A stretch of DNA of 32,000 nt from Candidatus Hermodarchaeota archaeon (GTDB lineage Archaea; Asgardarchaeota; Heimdallarchaeia; Hodarchaeales; Hodarchaeaceae). The notes under the pieces are model-generated. The model ran no database searches. It saw only the letters and a program-made list of their open reading frames with translations, and was not told the origin of the DNA. The translations under genes were made by a program, and so were the position numbers. Within the stretch, counting starts at the first letter, position 1. The number at the start of each line of letters is the position of its first letter. The stretch lies in the NCBI GenBank assembly GCA_048886185.1, contig JBHLKY010000009.1, forward strand, positions 150,001-182,000. Reading direction: 5' to 3'. This document shows, piece by piece, positions 8,717-17,445 of this stretch.

Positions 8717-9691
8717 TTGAAAGATAATATTTTTATACCTCAAGGGACAATAATGTCCTATATGAATTCTATCCCTCCAAAAAGAAGAGAAAGTAGGTCA
8801 ATACTCCAGAGAGCACATATAATCTTTGAAATCATCAATCAAGAAGACAATATCTTTCCTAAATCTCGTCTAAAGGCAGCAAACATTCATTCTCAGACCA
8901 TAGACAACTGGTTAGACCTAATTATTTTCATCCAAAGTCAACCAAGGATACGAGTGAGAAAGGTTGGCTCACTCACCTCGGAAAAAGGACTTCGCTCTGG
9001 GAAGAGGTTTAATACGTTCGTTGAGCGCATCGAGACAAAGTATTCACAAATGACAATGAAACGATTTTTGGATGGGTCTCTCCCTATCGATGTTCGACTC
9101 CAGAGTTTGAAGGATTATGTCCAGTCAGTATTGAGACAGGAATTATTAATAACATCTGAAGATACATCTGATACAGACTTCTCTCAAACAGGGTTACTCT
9201 CACTGTATGATGAGATAGGTACAATCACAAAAGAATTACAAGCATTTACTATCGAATTTTTTAATCAATTGAAACCAGAAATAGAAAAAATTATGGAGCT
9301 GTATCCTCAATCCCCTGAAGCTGGTCATCTGCTCTATTGCCAGATAATTTCACAAAAACTACCAACAATGAAGATAATTGCACGAGGGTTGCGTGATCAT
9401 ACCTCTCTTGGCCAAATCTCTCCACGATTGCTGAGAGAAGCCCTTCCACAGGAATTTTCAGCACGTTCTTTATCACTCGAAGAAGAAGAGTCTTTTTTAG
9501 TAGGATATCTAATCGCGATCCTCTCTCTCGTCTATTGTATTGTACAAAGATTGGAAGGATGGCAATTCATTGGGACTCCTTTACAGAAAACCAATGAAAG
9601 ATTAAGAAAAGTTAAGAAATTATCAATGCTCCCACCAATACTAAAAATGGTAGAAGCTATCATTTCCACACACAAGAATGTTTCTCAGTGA
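8717..9691 (+). CDS. Hypothetical protein with N-terminal putative winged-HTH domain and helical C-terminal domain
   Basis: RAHIIFEIINQEDNIFPKSRLKAANIHSQTIDNWLDLIIFIQSQPRIRV has a helix-turn-helix-wing pattern; the true start is more likely ATG 8753 or 8762 than TTG 8717. Confidence 0.75.
   Translation: MKDNIFIPQGTIMSYMNSIPPKRRESRSILQRAHIIFEIINQEDNIFPKSRLKAANIHSQTIDNWLDLIIFIQSQPRIRVRKVGSLTSEKGLRSGKRFNTFVERIETKYSQMTMKRFLDGSLPIDVRLQSLKDYVQSVLRQELLITSEDTSDTDFSQTGLLSLYDEIGTITKELQAFTIEFFNQLKPEIEKIMELYPQSPEAGHLLYCQIISQKLPTMKIIARGLRDHTSLGQISPRLLREALPQEFSARSLSLEEEESFLVGYLIAILSLVYCIVQRLEGWQFIGTPLQKTNERLRKVKKLSMLPPILKMVEAIISTHKNVSQ
8734..8745 (+). promoter_or_regulatory. Copy 2 of TATACCTCAAGG overlapping a TTTTATA box
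   Basis: Exact repeat; the TATA-like box at 8731 lies 31 bp before ATG 8762. Confidence 0.5.
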
Positions 9692-9864
9692 ATCAAGCGA
9701 ATGGTAAGAATATGCGATCAGCAAACATAGAGAAAATGATCCCAGCTACTCCACAGAATTGGACTTATTTAAACGATAGAGATCGTCAAGCTGAATTTGA
9801 AACACTAATAGAACTAAATAAAACAGCGATTGATCCGATTATCACTATTTTACTTGATAGATGA
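9688..9864 (+). CDS. Putative small protein (58 aa from GTG 9688; 50 aa from ATG 9712)
   Basis: Open frame VNQANGKNMRSANIEKMIPATPQNWTYLNDRDRQAEFETLIELNKTAIDPIITILLDR fills the gap; GTGA start/stop overlap with the upstream gene. Confidence 0.45.
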   Translation: MNQANGKNMRSANIEKMIPATPQNWTYLNDRDRQAEFETLIELNKTAIDPIITILLDR

Positions 9865-9890
9865 TTTAATTTTGCTTGGAGTTATTTGTA

Positions 9891-11951
9891 ATGGAGCTAT
9901 TTAAGGATGTAAGAATTAATGTGGAAAGTGTTAAATCAGGCGCGTCTTTCATTGTTCACACAATTCTTAAGAAATTTATGTCAGACGATGCTGATAAACT
10001 CGCAAAGTTATTCATTCAAAAATATGACAAGCTGCTTATGCAATATGCGGAGGAAGACATAACAGATTATTTAAAACTTCGTCGTCTGATTGTTGTTTTT
10101 AAACCTGCCTTGGCCTCGGTATTAGAACCAGGGGAAGTGTTTGATCTCATTTGTGATGCTGTTTCGATTAATTTTAACTCGATGTTGGCTAGTGCAAAAC
10201 GTCAAATTAAAGGCGAAGTGAAAGTAATTGAGAATAGGAAGCCTATCCTCCCAGGGAGTGATCCCTCTGTGGATCTCATGTTCTTTTGTACTGAATGTAA
10301 AGAAAAATTTGAGATTCCAGCAGATCTTAAGACTCAACTCCTAGATTCATCAGATGGGATAGAACTTCCTAAACACCATGAAAAGGAAATGATAATTATT
10401 ATCATCAAAGCTAAGCCCGAAGTTTCAATTGCTGAAAGTGGAAAGGAGCTAAAGTCTGATTTGGATGAGTCCCAATTTTCAGCTGATCATGTGATGGGAA
10501 ATACCTATTCTAGTGATTCGAATGTGGATTACTTAGAAGTTTTAAGTGTAGGGATAGATATAGGTTCGTCCACATCCCACCTTGTTTTCTCTAAACTGAC
10601 TCTAAAACGAGAACAGGGCTTTTTCAATATGTCAAATCGTTTCATACCTATCAGTCGAAAAGTGATTTATGAAGGAAACATCATTTTTACTCCTTTACTC
10701 GATCGTAATACTATTGATATTGACGCTATAATTAAATTTATACACGATGAATTCAAAAAAGCTAGAATTGACCCCTCTTCGGTAGATACTGGGGCTGTTA
10801 TTGTTACTGGAGAAGCCTCAAAAAAGCAGAATGCAGCTGAGATCGTAAATAAGATTGCTACTGAGGCTGGTAAATTTGTGAGTGCAACTGCGGGCCCTAA
10901 TTTTGAAGCTTTTCTTAGTGCTAAAGGAAGTGGTGCTATTGGACTTTCGCAAAATCCTCCCCGTACGATTCTCAATGTTGACGTGGGTGGAGGATCTAGC
11001 AAGCTTTCTATCATTTCTAAGGGAAAAGTCCTTAGTACTGCAGCTATTAGTGTAGGGGCCCGATTATTAGGAATAAATAAAAAATTCAAGATCTGGAAAA
11101 TTGATGACCCTTGTCGTTTCGTGTTGGAAGAATTGGGTTTTAGTTATCAGGTAGGTGATATCATCTCTGAAGCTGAGGTGAAAATTATTGCGAAGAGATT
11201 TGCTGAAATTCTTATCGAGGTTATGCGAGGTTCAGCAAAAAGTGATTTGTCTAAACGACTTATGATCACTGAGGATCTCGAGTTTTTCACATCTATTGCC
11301 GAATATTCTTTCTCAGGAGGTGTATCCGAGTTAATTTATGGAAGCAAGTCGGAATTTGACGATATTGGAAAGTATCTGGCGGAAGCAATTACTACTCAAA
11401 TGAAAGAGCTGAATATGAAGATAATTGAATCCATGAATAAAATTCGTGCCACTGTTATCGGGGCTGGGGCCTATTCTCTTTCGATCTCAGGTTCAACTTG
11501 CTTTGTTTCAAACAATATCAAGTTACCTCTTTTAAATATCCCAGTCCTTCCAGTCAATGTGTCTTTTAGAAATTTTAGTCGTGAAATTGTAAAAACTGAA
11601 ATTCAAAAGACATTTAAAAATTTTGATTTTATAGAAGGTGAAGATCTAGTGGCGTTATATTTCATCCGTCCTGTTATGTCCTCTAGCGAAAAAATTATTG
11701 AATTCGCAAAAGCTATTGAGGAAGCTCTTCCAAATTCGATTGCTAAAAAGAAAAAGATGATCTTACTCTTTGAGATGGATGGCGCTAGAATTATTGGAAC
11801 AACATTTCGAAATCATACAGCGATTCAAGACAGTTTAATCTGCCTAGATGAGTTAACATTAGAGGCAGGAGATTGGATTGATATTGGCGCTCCTTTACAT
11901 GATGGTGACACTTATCCTGTCACAGTAAAGAGTTTGGTGTTTAAAAGATAA
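9891..11951 (+). CDS. eutA: EutA-like ASKHA-fold ATPase (ethanolamine ammonia-lyase reactivase family) with ~210-aa N-terminal extension
   Basis: LSVGIDIGSSTSHL, GAVIVTGEA, FVSATAGPNFEA, LNVDVGGGSS, FSGGVSE, RATVIGAG, DWIDIGAP motifs; GGAG 9878-9881 favours ATG 9891 over TTG 9876. Confidence 0.9.
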   Translation: MELFKDVRINVESVKSGASFIVHTILKKFMSDDADKLAKLFIQKYDKLLMQYAEEDITDYLKLRRLIVVFKPALASVLEPGEVFDLICDAVSINFNSMLASAKRQIKGEVKVIENRKPILPGSDPSVDLMFFCTECKEKFEIPADLKTQLLDSSDGIELPKHHEKEMIIIIIKAKPEVSIAESGKELKSDLDESQFSADHVMGNTYSSDSNVDYLEVLSVGIDIGSSTSHLVFSKLTLKREQGFFNMSNRFIPISRKVIYEGNIIFTPLLDRNTIDIDAIIKFIHDEFKKARIDPSSVDTGAVIVTGEASKKQNAAEIVNKIATEAGKFVSATAGPNFEAFLSAKGSGAIGLSQNPPRTILNVDVGGGSSKLSIISKGKVLSTAAISVGARLLGINKKFKIWKIDDPCRFVLEELGFSYQVGDIISEAEVKIIAKRFAEILIEVMRGSAKSDLSKRLMITEDLEFFTSIAEYSFSGGVSELIYGSKSEFDDIGKYLAEAITTQMKELNMKIIESMNKIRATVIGAGAYSLSISGSTCFVSNNIKLPLLNIPVLPVNVSFRNFSREIVKTEIQKTFKNFDFIEGEDLVALYFIRPVMSSSEKIIEFAKAIEEALPNSIAKKKKMILLFEMDGARIIGTTFRNHTAIQDSLICLDELTLEAGDWIDIGAPLHDGDTYPVTVKSLVFKR

Positions 11952-12371
11952 AAAATCCTTAAAATAAACATACGAAAAGATCCTTCTTGTTAATGAATAT
12001 GAACAAACGGTCATAGAAACATAATTCAAAGAGTATGATGTTGTATTGAAGGGCTAATAGGAGATCAATTACATATTACTGAATCAAAATGATCTATCTA
12101 GAAATATTACACTTCCAATACTTAGAAATTTAGTTAAATACGGTCAAAAATCTACCATCTAATACTTGATTCGTAAATCATTTGAGAGAACAGTCAAAGG
12201 ATGAAAATTATTCTTAACATCCAGAAGCATAGAATCACCTTATCCTTATTAAAAATGAACAGCCTGTATCAAATATATGAATTCTGCTAACTAAAAGTAT
12301 TTTAGCACACCCAAAATGCTTAATAGATGATACACTCTAAATAGTTCAAGTCAAAAATAAAGGTGAAAAAA

Positions 12372-14162
12372 ATGCCAGCACGACTTTATCTCAGATCATT
12401 TTGGGTTTTAACCTTTCTTTGGGGGATTGTATTTGTACTTGCAATGGTATTAGCCTATTTCATCTCAATAGCTGGGTTGATCCCTCCAGGGTATGAATAT
12501 TTAATAATTCTTCTACCAGTTATCTTTGCTTTCATTATTGTAGGAATTCAATTCTTAATTTCACCCTGGATTATGGATATCACAATTTCATGGGTATATC
12601 AGGCTACAAAATATCAGGTTGATGAACTACCTACCCATATTCGGAACTTTTTGTACCAACAAATGGAACTTCATAACTTCTCGCTAAAATGGGTAGCAAT
12701 TATTCATGATAATAATCCTAATGCCTTTACCTACGGTCATACTAAAAAACGAGCTCGATTGGCAATTACTGAAGGCATCTTAAATTACTTAGACGAATCA
12801 GAGCAAATTGCTGTTGTTGCTCATGAATGTGGACATATAATTCATCGGGACTTTATTTGGATGACGGTCGCAGCTGCAATTCCACTGATCTGTTACTCAT
12901 TTTACCAAGGTCTGTGGACTTTTGCCCGTGTCTCCTCTCGTGCTAGTAGAGATGATGATGCAGCGAAAGTTAGCGCTGTCGCGCTCGTTGTAGCAATTGG
13001 TGCATGGATTGCTTATTATATCTCACATTTTCTAGTCCTTCTTCTTTCACGTGTCCGAGAATACTATGCAGATAGCTTCTCTGGGGAAGCGACAGGCGAT
13101 CCAGGGGCATTATCAAGAGCACTTGTAAAAATTGCTTACGGCATGGTAAAGGAGGACGCATCAACTCAGGAACGGATGCGCGATGAAAGTGCGTCTCCCT
13201 CTGCGAGAAAACAAGCATCTAAACAAAATGCTTTTATGACTGGTATGCGTTCTTTGGGTATTTTTGATATCAGTGGAGCACGAAACTTAGCTATGTCCGC
13301 ATATGGTCGTGGTATATCTGATTTAAATGAAGAAACTGTTGCAAAAGCTGCCCAGTGGGATCTTTCAAACCCTTGGGGAGGTTTTCTTGAACTCTTTTCT
13401 ACTCATCCACTTCCAGCTAAAAGGATTAGATCTCTGAATAAGATGCAGGAGGAACGTGGGTTACGACCAGAATTCCCAGGTATTGGTAAGGTTAAATTTC
13501 CCGAAAGCTTGTGGGATGAATTTCTAATCGATCTCTTTTTATCCTATATTGCCCCTCTTCTCTTTTTCATCTTGCCTCTACTCGGTGTTACTACAATTAT
13601 CCTTACAGGATTTGATTATGGTGGTTTTGATTGGATTTCTATTAGTACAGGACTGGCTTTTCTTGTATTTGCACTGATTTGGAAATGGAGGCGTCATGAG
13701 AAATATCCCAAGATAAGGGATAGTGATCCGACTGTTACAGTTGTTCATTGTTTAACTGATCAGACAAAGAATTCATATTATGAAGCATCCCCATTGCGAG
13801 GGAAGAAAGCAGTCTTTGAGGGTCGTGTTGTCGGTCGGGGAACACCAGGTTATTGGTTAAGCGAAGATCTTGTTATTCAAGATAAAACTGGATTAATTAC
13901 ATTGGATTACAGTCCCATATTAGGTTTTATGTCATGGATATTTGCACTGTTTCGTGTACCTAGCTTACAGGGTAAAATGGTTAGAGCGTATGGTTGGTAC
14001 CACCGATCTCCAACACCCATATTATCAGTTTGGAAAATTGTGACAGAAGATGGGAGAATGTTTAAGAATCGTTGGTCAGGACTGAATTGGTTATTTATGT
14101 GGCTAGTCATCCTGATTGGGCTTCTCTTAATAATTTTTGGCTTTACGGTTCCTTATGTCTGA
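12372..14162 (+). CDS. htpX: M48-family Zn metalloprotease HtpX, long form with C-terminal TM and beta-rich extension
   Basis: PNAFTYG, AHECGH, SRVREYYAD, FSTHP motifs; GGTGA SD at 12362-12366 supports ATG 12372. Confidence 0.92.
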   Translation: MPARLYLRSFWVLTFLWGIVFVLAMVLAYFISIAGLIPPGYEYLIILLPVIFAFIIVGIQFLISPWIMDITISWVYQATKYQVDELPTHIRNFLYQQMELHNFSLKWVAIIHDNNPNAFTYGHTKKRARLAITEGILNYLDESEQIAVVAHECGHIIHRDFIWMTVAAAIPLICYSFYQGLWTFARVSSRASRDDDAAKVSAVALVVAIGAWIAYYISHFLVLLLSRVREYYADSFSGEATGDPGALSRALVKIAYGMVKEDASTQERMRDESASPSARKQASKQNAFMTGMRSLGIFDISGARNLAMSAYGRGISDLNEETVAKAAQWDLSNPWGGFLELFSTHPLPAKRIRSLNKMQEERGLRPEFPGIGKVKFPESLWDEFLIDLFLSYIAPLLFFILPLLGVTTIILTGFDYGGFDWISISTGLAFLVFALIWKWRRHEKYPKIRDSDPTVTVVHCLTDQTKNSYYEASPLRGKKAVFEGRVVGRGTPGYWLSEDLVIQDKTGLITLDYSPILGFMSWIFALFRVPSLQGKMVRAYGWYHRSPTPILSVWKIVTEDGRMFKNRWSGLNWLFMWLVILIGLLLIIFGFTVPYV

Positions 14163-14171
14163 AAAATCTCC

Positions 14172-14188
14172 TTTTTTTCTCTTTTTTT
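14172..14188 (+). terminator. Oligo-U terminator of htpX
   Basis: T7-CTC-T7 ten nt after the stop. Confidence 0.6.
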
Positions 14189-14199
14189 CCCTTACTTAA

Positions 14200-15033
14200 T
14201 TAGGTCAAGAGTAAGCCCATCTCTTTACGATATTCTCTCTGTTGGCGTATTCTATTTAGTTCTAAAGTTCCTGATACTATTCCACGACTTCCATCGGGAA
14301 TTGATGATAGAATCTTCTTTCCTAAAGGTTCTTCATTAGTGAAACGCCACGATGGATCAGCAATACAACTGGCACCTGCACACCAATAAGGATCACGAAT
14401 AACTTGCATTGCACTATCACTTACAATAACAGCTGCCGCTGCCTCTTTTGCACGGATTACTGCGAGATTGTACCACATGAATCGTCCATAATTTGTGTAA
14501 GTGGAATTAGGAATAGTGGTTAGGATTGGTGAAAATATTATGTCAGGATTTTTCTTGATCAATAAGGAATAATCTTTTGTATTCCATAAATCACTACATA
14601 TCTGAATTGTTGCTTTCCACTCTGCGATTTTCCAAGTGAGATTTTTTATCCCAGGAGTGATTTCTTGAACTCGTTCATATCCAAAAGGATGATGCTTATC
14701 ATATGTTCCAATCAAGCGCCCTGATGGATTAATCACATGTGAACGGTTAAAATATGAGCTTTTTTCTTTTACCAAATGGCTGCCACCAATTACCCAAACA
14801 GAAAGTTGGGTTGCTTTTTCGGTCAAAAAATCTAATGACTTCATTTGAAAATTCTCAGTATAGCTCCCTTTCCTCATTCCATTCCAATACTCAGGAAAAC
14901 ATATTACATCCGTTGTTTGGATAATAGTAGCATATTCATGAAAGAGAGTACAATATTGTTCAAGGTTATAATCAAGTTTATCAATTCTTAATCTTGGCTG
15001 GAGGGCTGTAATCTTCAAATGAGATGAGTTCAA
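14200..15033 (-). CDS. Carbon-nitrogen hydrolase (nitrilase superfamily)
   Basis: Glu-Lys-Cys triad: CFPEYW, YDKHHPF, ICSDLW. Confidence 0.92.
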   Translation of the reverse strand: MNSSHLKITALQPRLRIDKLDYNLEQYCTLFHEYATIIQTTDVICFPEYWNGMRKGSYTENFQMKSLDFLTEKATQLSVWVIGGSHLVKEKSSYFNRSHVINPSGRLIGTYDKHHPFGYERVQEITPGIKNLTWKIAEWKATIQICSDLWNTKDYSLLIKKNPDIIFSPILTTIPNSTYTNYGRFMWYNLAVIRAKEAAAAVIVSDSAMQVIRDPYWCAGASCIADPSWRFTNEEPLGKKILSSIPDGSRGIVSGTLELNRIRQQREYRKEMGLLLT

Positions 15034-15055
15034 AGACCGAGAACGCTCCTATCCT

Positions 15056-16282
15056 CTATTGATCAAGTATTAAAGAATTAATATAGTTTTGTGATAATCT
15101 ATTTACTAATTGTGAAATATCAATTGATAGAATTGATGAATGCTGTTCTCGAAGAAATTGGTCAATATTCAACTGGCATGATGGGCAGGCATTTAAACAT
15201 AATTCTGTTCCTCTTTCTTCCATTTCTTGGATAAGCTTTATAGCAACATCTTTGGCTATATTGGGGTAATTTAACTTGACCAGTCCTCCTGCTCCACAGC
15301 AAAGAGCGTTTTCACGATTGTTTGGTAATTCAAGATTTTCAACTCCTGGAAGAAGGGCGATAAGTTCTCGTGCGATTTCATACTTACCACAATGACGGCC
15401 TAGTTCGCAGGGATCTTTGTAAGAGACCTTAATCGGTGTGAGGCTTAATAGCTTCAATTTCTCCTTTTTAATCAATTCGGTAATGTATTCTATATGAGTT
15501 ATTACCTTGAAAGATAGGTCTTTACCTAGTAATTTTGGATATTCTTTACTGAATACGCGGTAACAGCCAGCACATGAAACAAATAGTGTTTTTACTCCCA
15601 ATTTTTCGATTTCAGCTACATTATGGCGCGCAAGTTCCTTTGCTTTCTCGTGGTTTCCTCCCAATAAAAAGGGATTACCACAACAATTCTCTGTCGGAGA
15701 AAAAATTGAAATTTTTTCGTTTGCGTGACTCACAAGTTTTAGAATTGCTACTGGGGCTCCTGAAGCTCGACCCATGTAGGAGGCAACACAACCAATGAAA
15801 TATCCAACTTCTCCAGGTTTATTTACTAGCTCATCATATGTTTCTTCTACATCAAAATTCCAAAAATTTCGATCTACTTGATCCATTCCATAAATATTGA
15901 ATTTAGTTTCTAAGTTTTTAAATATTTTTTCAGTATCAGCAGGTAAACGATCCTGAATCAATCCTTTCAGTTCAGTATATACTTCTGTTAAAGGAATATC
16001 GACAATGCATTCTTGTTCGCAAGCTCCACAAAATGTACATTGGAATAGACCTTCAGTAAGGGCATTTAGTCCTTCATCTTTACTTAATAATCCTTGTGCT
16101 AAATTCCGAGCAGTGATCATCTTTCCCCTTCCTGTTGTGATTTCATGATGGATTGAAAGAAATGTAGGGCATGCTGCATTGTTATTAACGCAATAGGCAC
16201 AATATGCACAAGTAAAGAATTCGTCATAGTGTTTTAAATGTTTTAAATTCACATTTTTTACCCCATGAGGGTCATGACACAA
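15056..16282 (-). CDS. Fe-S oxidoreductase subunit, HdrD/GlpC/LutA-like (two 4Fe-4S motifs plus two CCG domains)
   Basis: CAYCAYC..CP, CTFCGACEQEC, ENCCG, CAGCY, DPCELGR, LCCG, CPSC; GTG 16252 with upstream GGGGT may be the real start. Confidence 0.92.
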   Translation of the reverse strand: MCHDPHGVKNVNLKHLKHYDEFFTCAYCAYCVNNNAACPTFLSIHHEITTGRGKMITARNLAQGLLSKDEGLNALTEGLFQCTFCGACEQECIVDIPLTEVYTELKGLIQDRLPADTEKIFKNLETKFNIYGMDQVDRNFWNFDVEETYDELVNKPGEVGYFIGCVASYMGRASGAPVAILKLVSHANEKISIFSPTENCCGNPFLLGGNHEKAKELARHNVAEIEKLGVKTLFVSCAGCYRVFSKEYPKLLGKDLSFKVITHIEYITELIKKEKLKLLSLTPIKVSYKDPCELGRHCGKYEIARELIALLPGVENLELPNNRENALCCGAGGLVKLNYPNIAKDVAIKLIQEMEERGTELCLNACPSCQLNIDQFLREQHSSILSIDISQLVNRLSQNYINSLILDQ

Positions 16283-16347
16283 ATGGGTTTCAGCCTTTTT
16301 TGAGACTTACCATTTCTTTCTCGCAGTTCAATGGATAATTCCATTTA

Positions 16348-17235
16348 TCAAAAAGGTACATAACCATATCCCATGAGGAATTCCTGCTCTTCTGGAGAAA
16401 GCTCTTCTCCCTTTTCCTTTTTCTCTAATAATCTCTGAATTCGATCCTCAATTTCCCCAAAGACTTGTTTATGAGTTTCCTCTGCAATCAGTTTTTTGAC
16501 TTTTTCGATCTTTCCTTTTAAAGCATCAAGTTCTTCCTGTTTAGCTTGAACCAAGATTTTAAGTTCATCGATCCTTTGAAGGTGTTTGACAAATTCTTGG
16601 TGAGCCTTGTCTTCTTCCTCCTTGAGCGGTTTAATGCGGACATACACTTGTTGGACTCGATCGTTAATTTCTCGTCTGTCGGCCTCTTCTTGAGAGATTT
16701 TTCGGTCAATTTCAGCGATTTCTTGTTCAATTTTCTCTTTCGTTTCAGGGACATTTCCTAAATAGTCAGCCACTATGGCTTCATTCTGTTTTTCTAAGAG
16801 TGCAATCCTATCTTCAACACGTTGAATCTCCTCAATAAGGATTTCTTCATCTTCCCGTGAAAGAGAGCTCGTTTGCTGTTTAAATTCCAATTCATAAAGA
16901 TGGAATTTTAATTCTACTAAGCTGAGTTGATCCAATTCTGCCTGTGAGAGTATTCTGAATATTGGTCCATCAGTACGTTGAGCCTGTCTGCGGAGAAACG
17001 ATCTCCGTTTCTTCAACATCTCTAGTAAATCTTTTTGTGAATCCCGAGATTCTATTTCTGGAGCTGTTTTCTCAAAAAGAGCTTGACGTTCTGCTTTGAA
17101 TTTATCTCGTTGTTTTCTAAAACGTGTTGTTAGTTTTTGCTCATTTTTAAGTTCTTTTCGCATGATTTTAATTTCTTCTATTAGATTTCCTCTTTGTTCA
17201 TATTGTAATTTTAATTGGTCTTTACTAGATGTCAA
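16348..17235 (-). CDS. Archaeal long coiled-coil protein (COG1340-like)
   Basis: Heptad-rich sequence; central LEFKQQTSSLSREDEEILIEEIQ matches the family's LEWxQQTxxLxxExExxLxxxI pattern. Confidence 0.8.
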   Translation of the reverse strand: MTSSKDQLKLQYEQRGNLIEEIKIMRKELKNEQKLTTRFRKQRDKFKAERQALFEKTAPEIESRDSQKDLLEMLKKRRSFLRRQAQRTDGPIFRILSQAELDQLSLVELKFHLYELEFKQQTSSLSREDEEILIEEIQRVEDRIALLEKQNEAIVADYLGNVPETKEKIEQEIAEIDRKISQEEADRREINDRVQQVYVRIKPLKEEEDKAHQEFVKHLQRIDELKILVQAKQEELDALKGKIEKVKKLIAEETHKQVFGEIEDRIQRLLEKKEKGEELSPEEQEFLMGYGYVPF

Positions 17236-17262
17236 AAAAATCAGCCCATTTAGGGTTTTTCA

Positions 17263-17304
17263 GCTCTGTGTTTACCAGAATCTAAAGGGTAGTTGACACA
17301 GAGC
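17263..17304. promoter_or_regulatory. Inverted repeat / stem-loop upstream of the coiled-coil gene
   Basis: GCTCTGTGT (17263-71) and ACACAGAGC (17296-304) form a perfect 9-bp stem, with an inner TACC/GGTA helix. Confidence 0.55.
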
Positions 17305-17367
17305 GGATTATGGATAGTACATATTCTCAATTAGGTAAATCTTTAATAATACGAAGATACAGACTAT

Positions 17368-17421
17368 TTTTAAGAGGTTGTCCCTTAAAACTCATAATGT
17401 TTTAATTCGCAAATTATGAGT
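17368..17421. promoter_or_regulatory. Two abutting inverted repeats upstream of the nitroreductase-fold gene
   Basis: TTTTAAG-N9-CTTAAAA (17368-17390) and ACTCATAAT-N14-ATTATGAGT (17390-17421). Confidence 0.45.
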
Positions 17422-17445
17422 AACTAACATCGTAGAGGAAATAAC

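Noticed and set aside
11971-12252. Possible degraded reading frame between eutA and htpX (YEKILLVNEYEQ...LRNLVKYGQKST)
   Set aside because: Five internal stops in ~93 codons is about what AT-rich random sequence gives, and no family is recognisable
4510-16761. Other short nested ORFs (4510..4755, 6261..6497, 9291..9476, 10122..10337, 10667..11089, 12970..13218, 13907..14110, 15574..15798, 16518..16754, 16546..16761)
   Set aside because: Fully inside longer genes on the opposite strand or in another frame; no independent evidence
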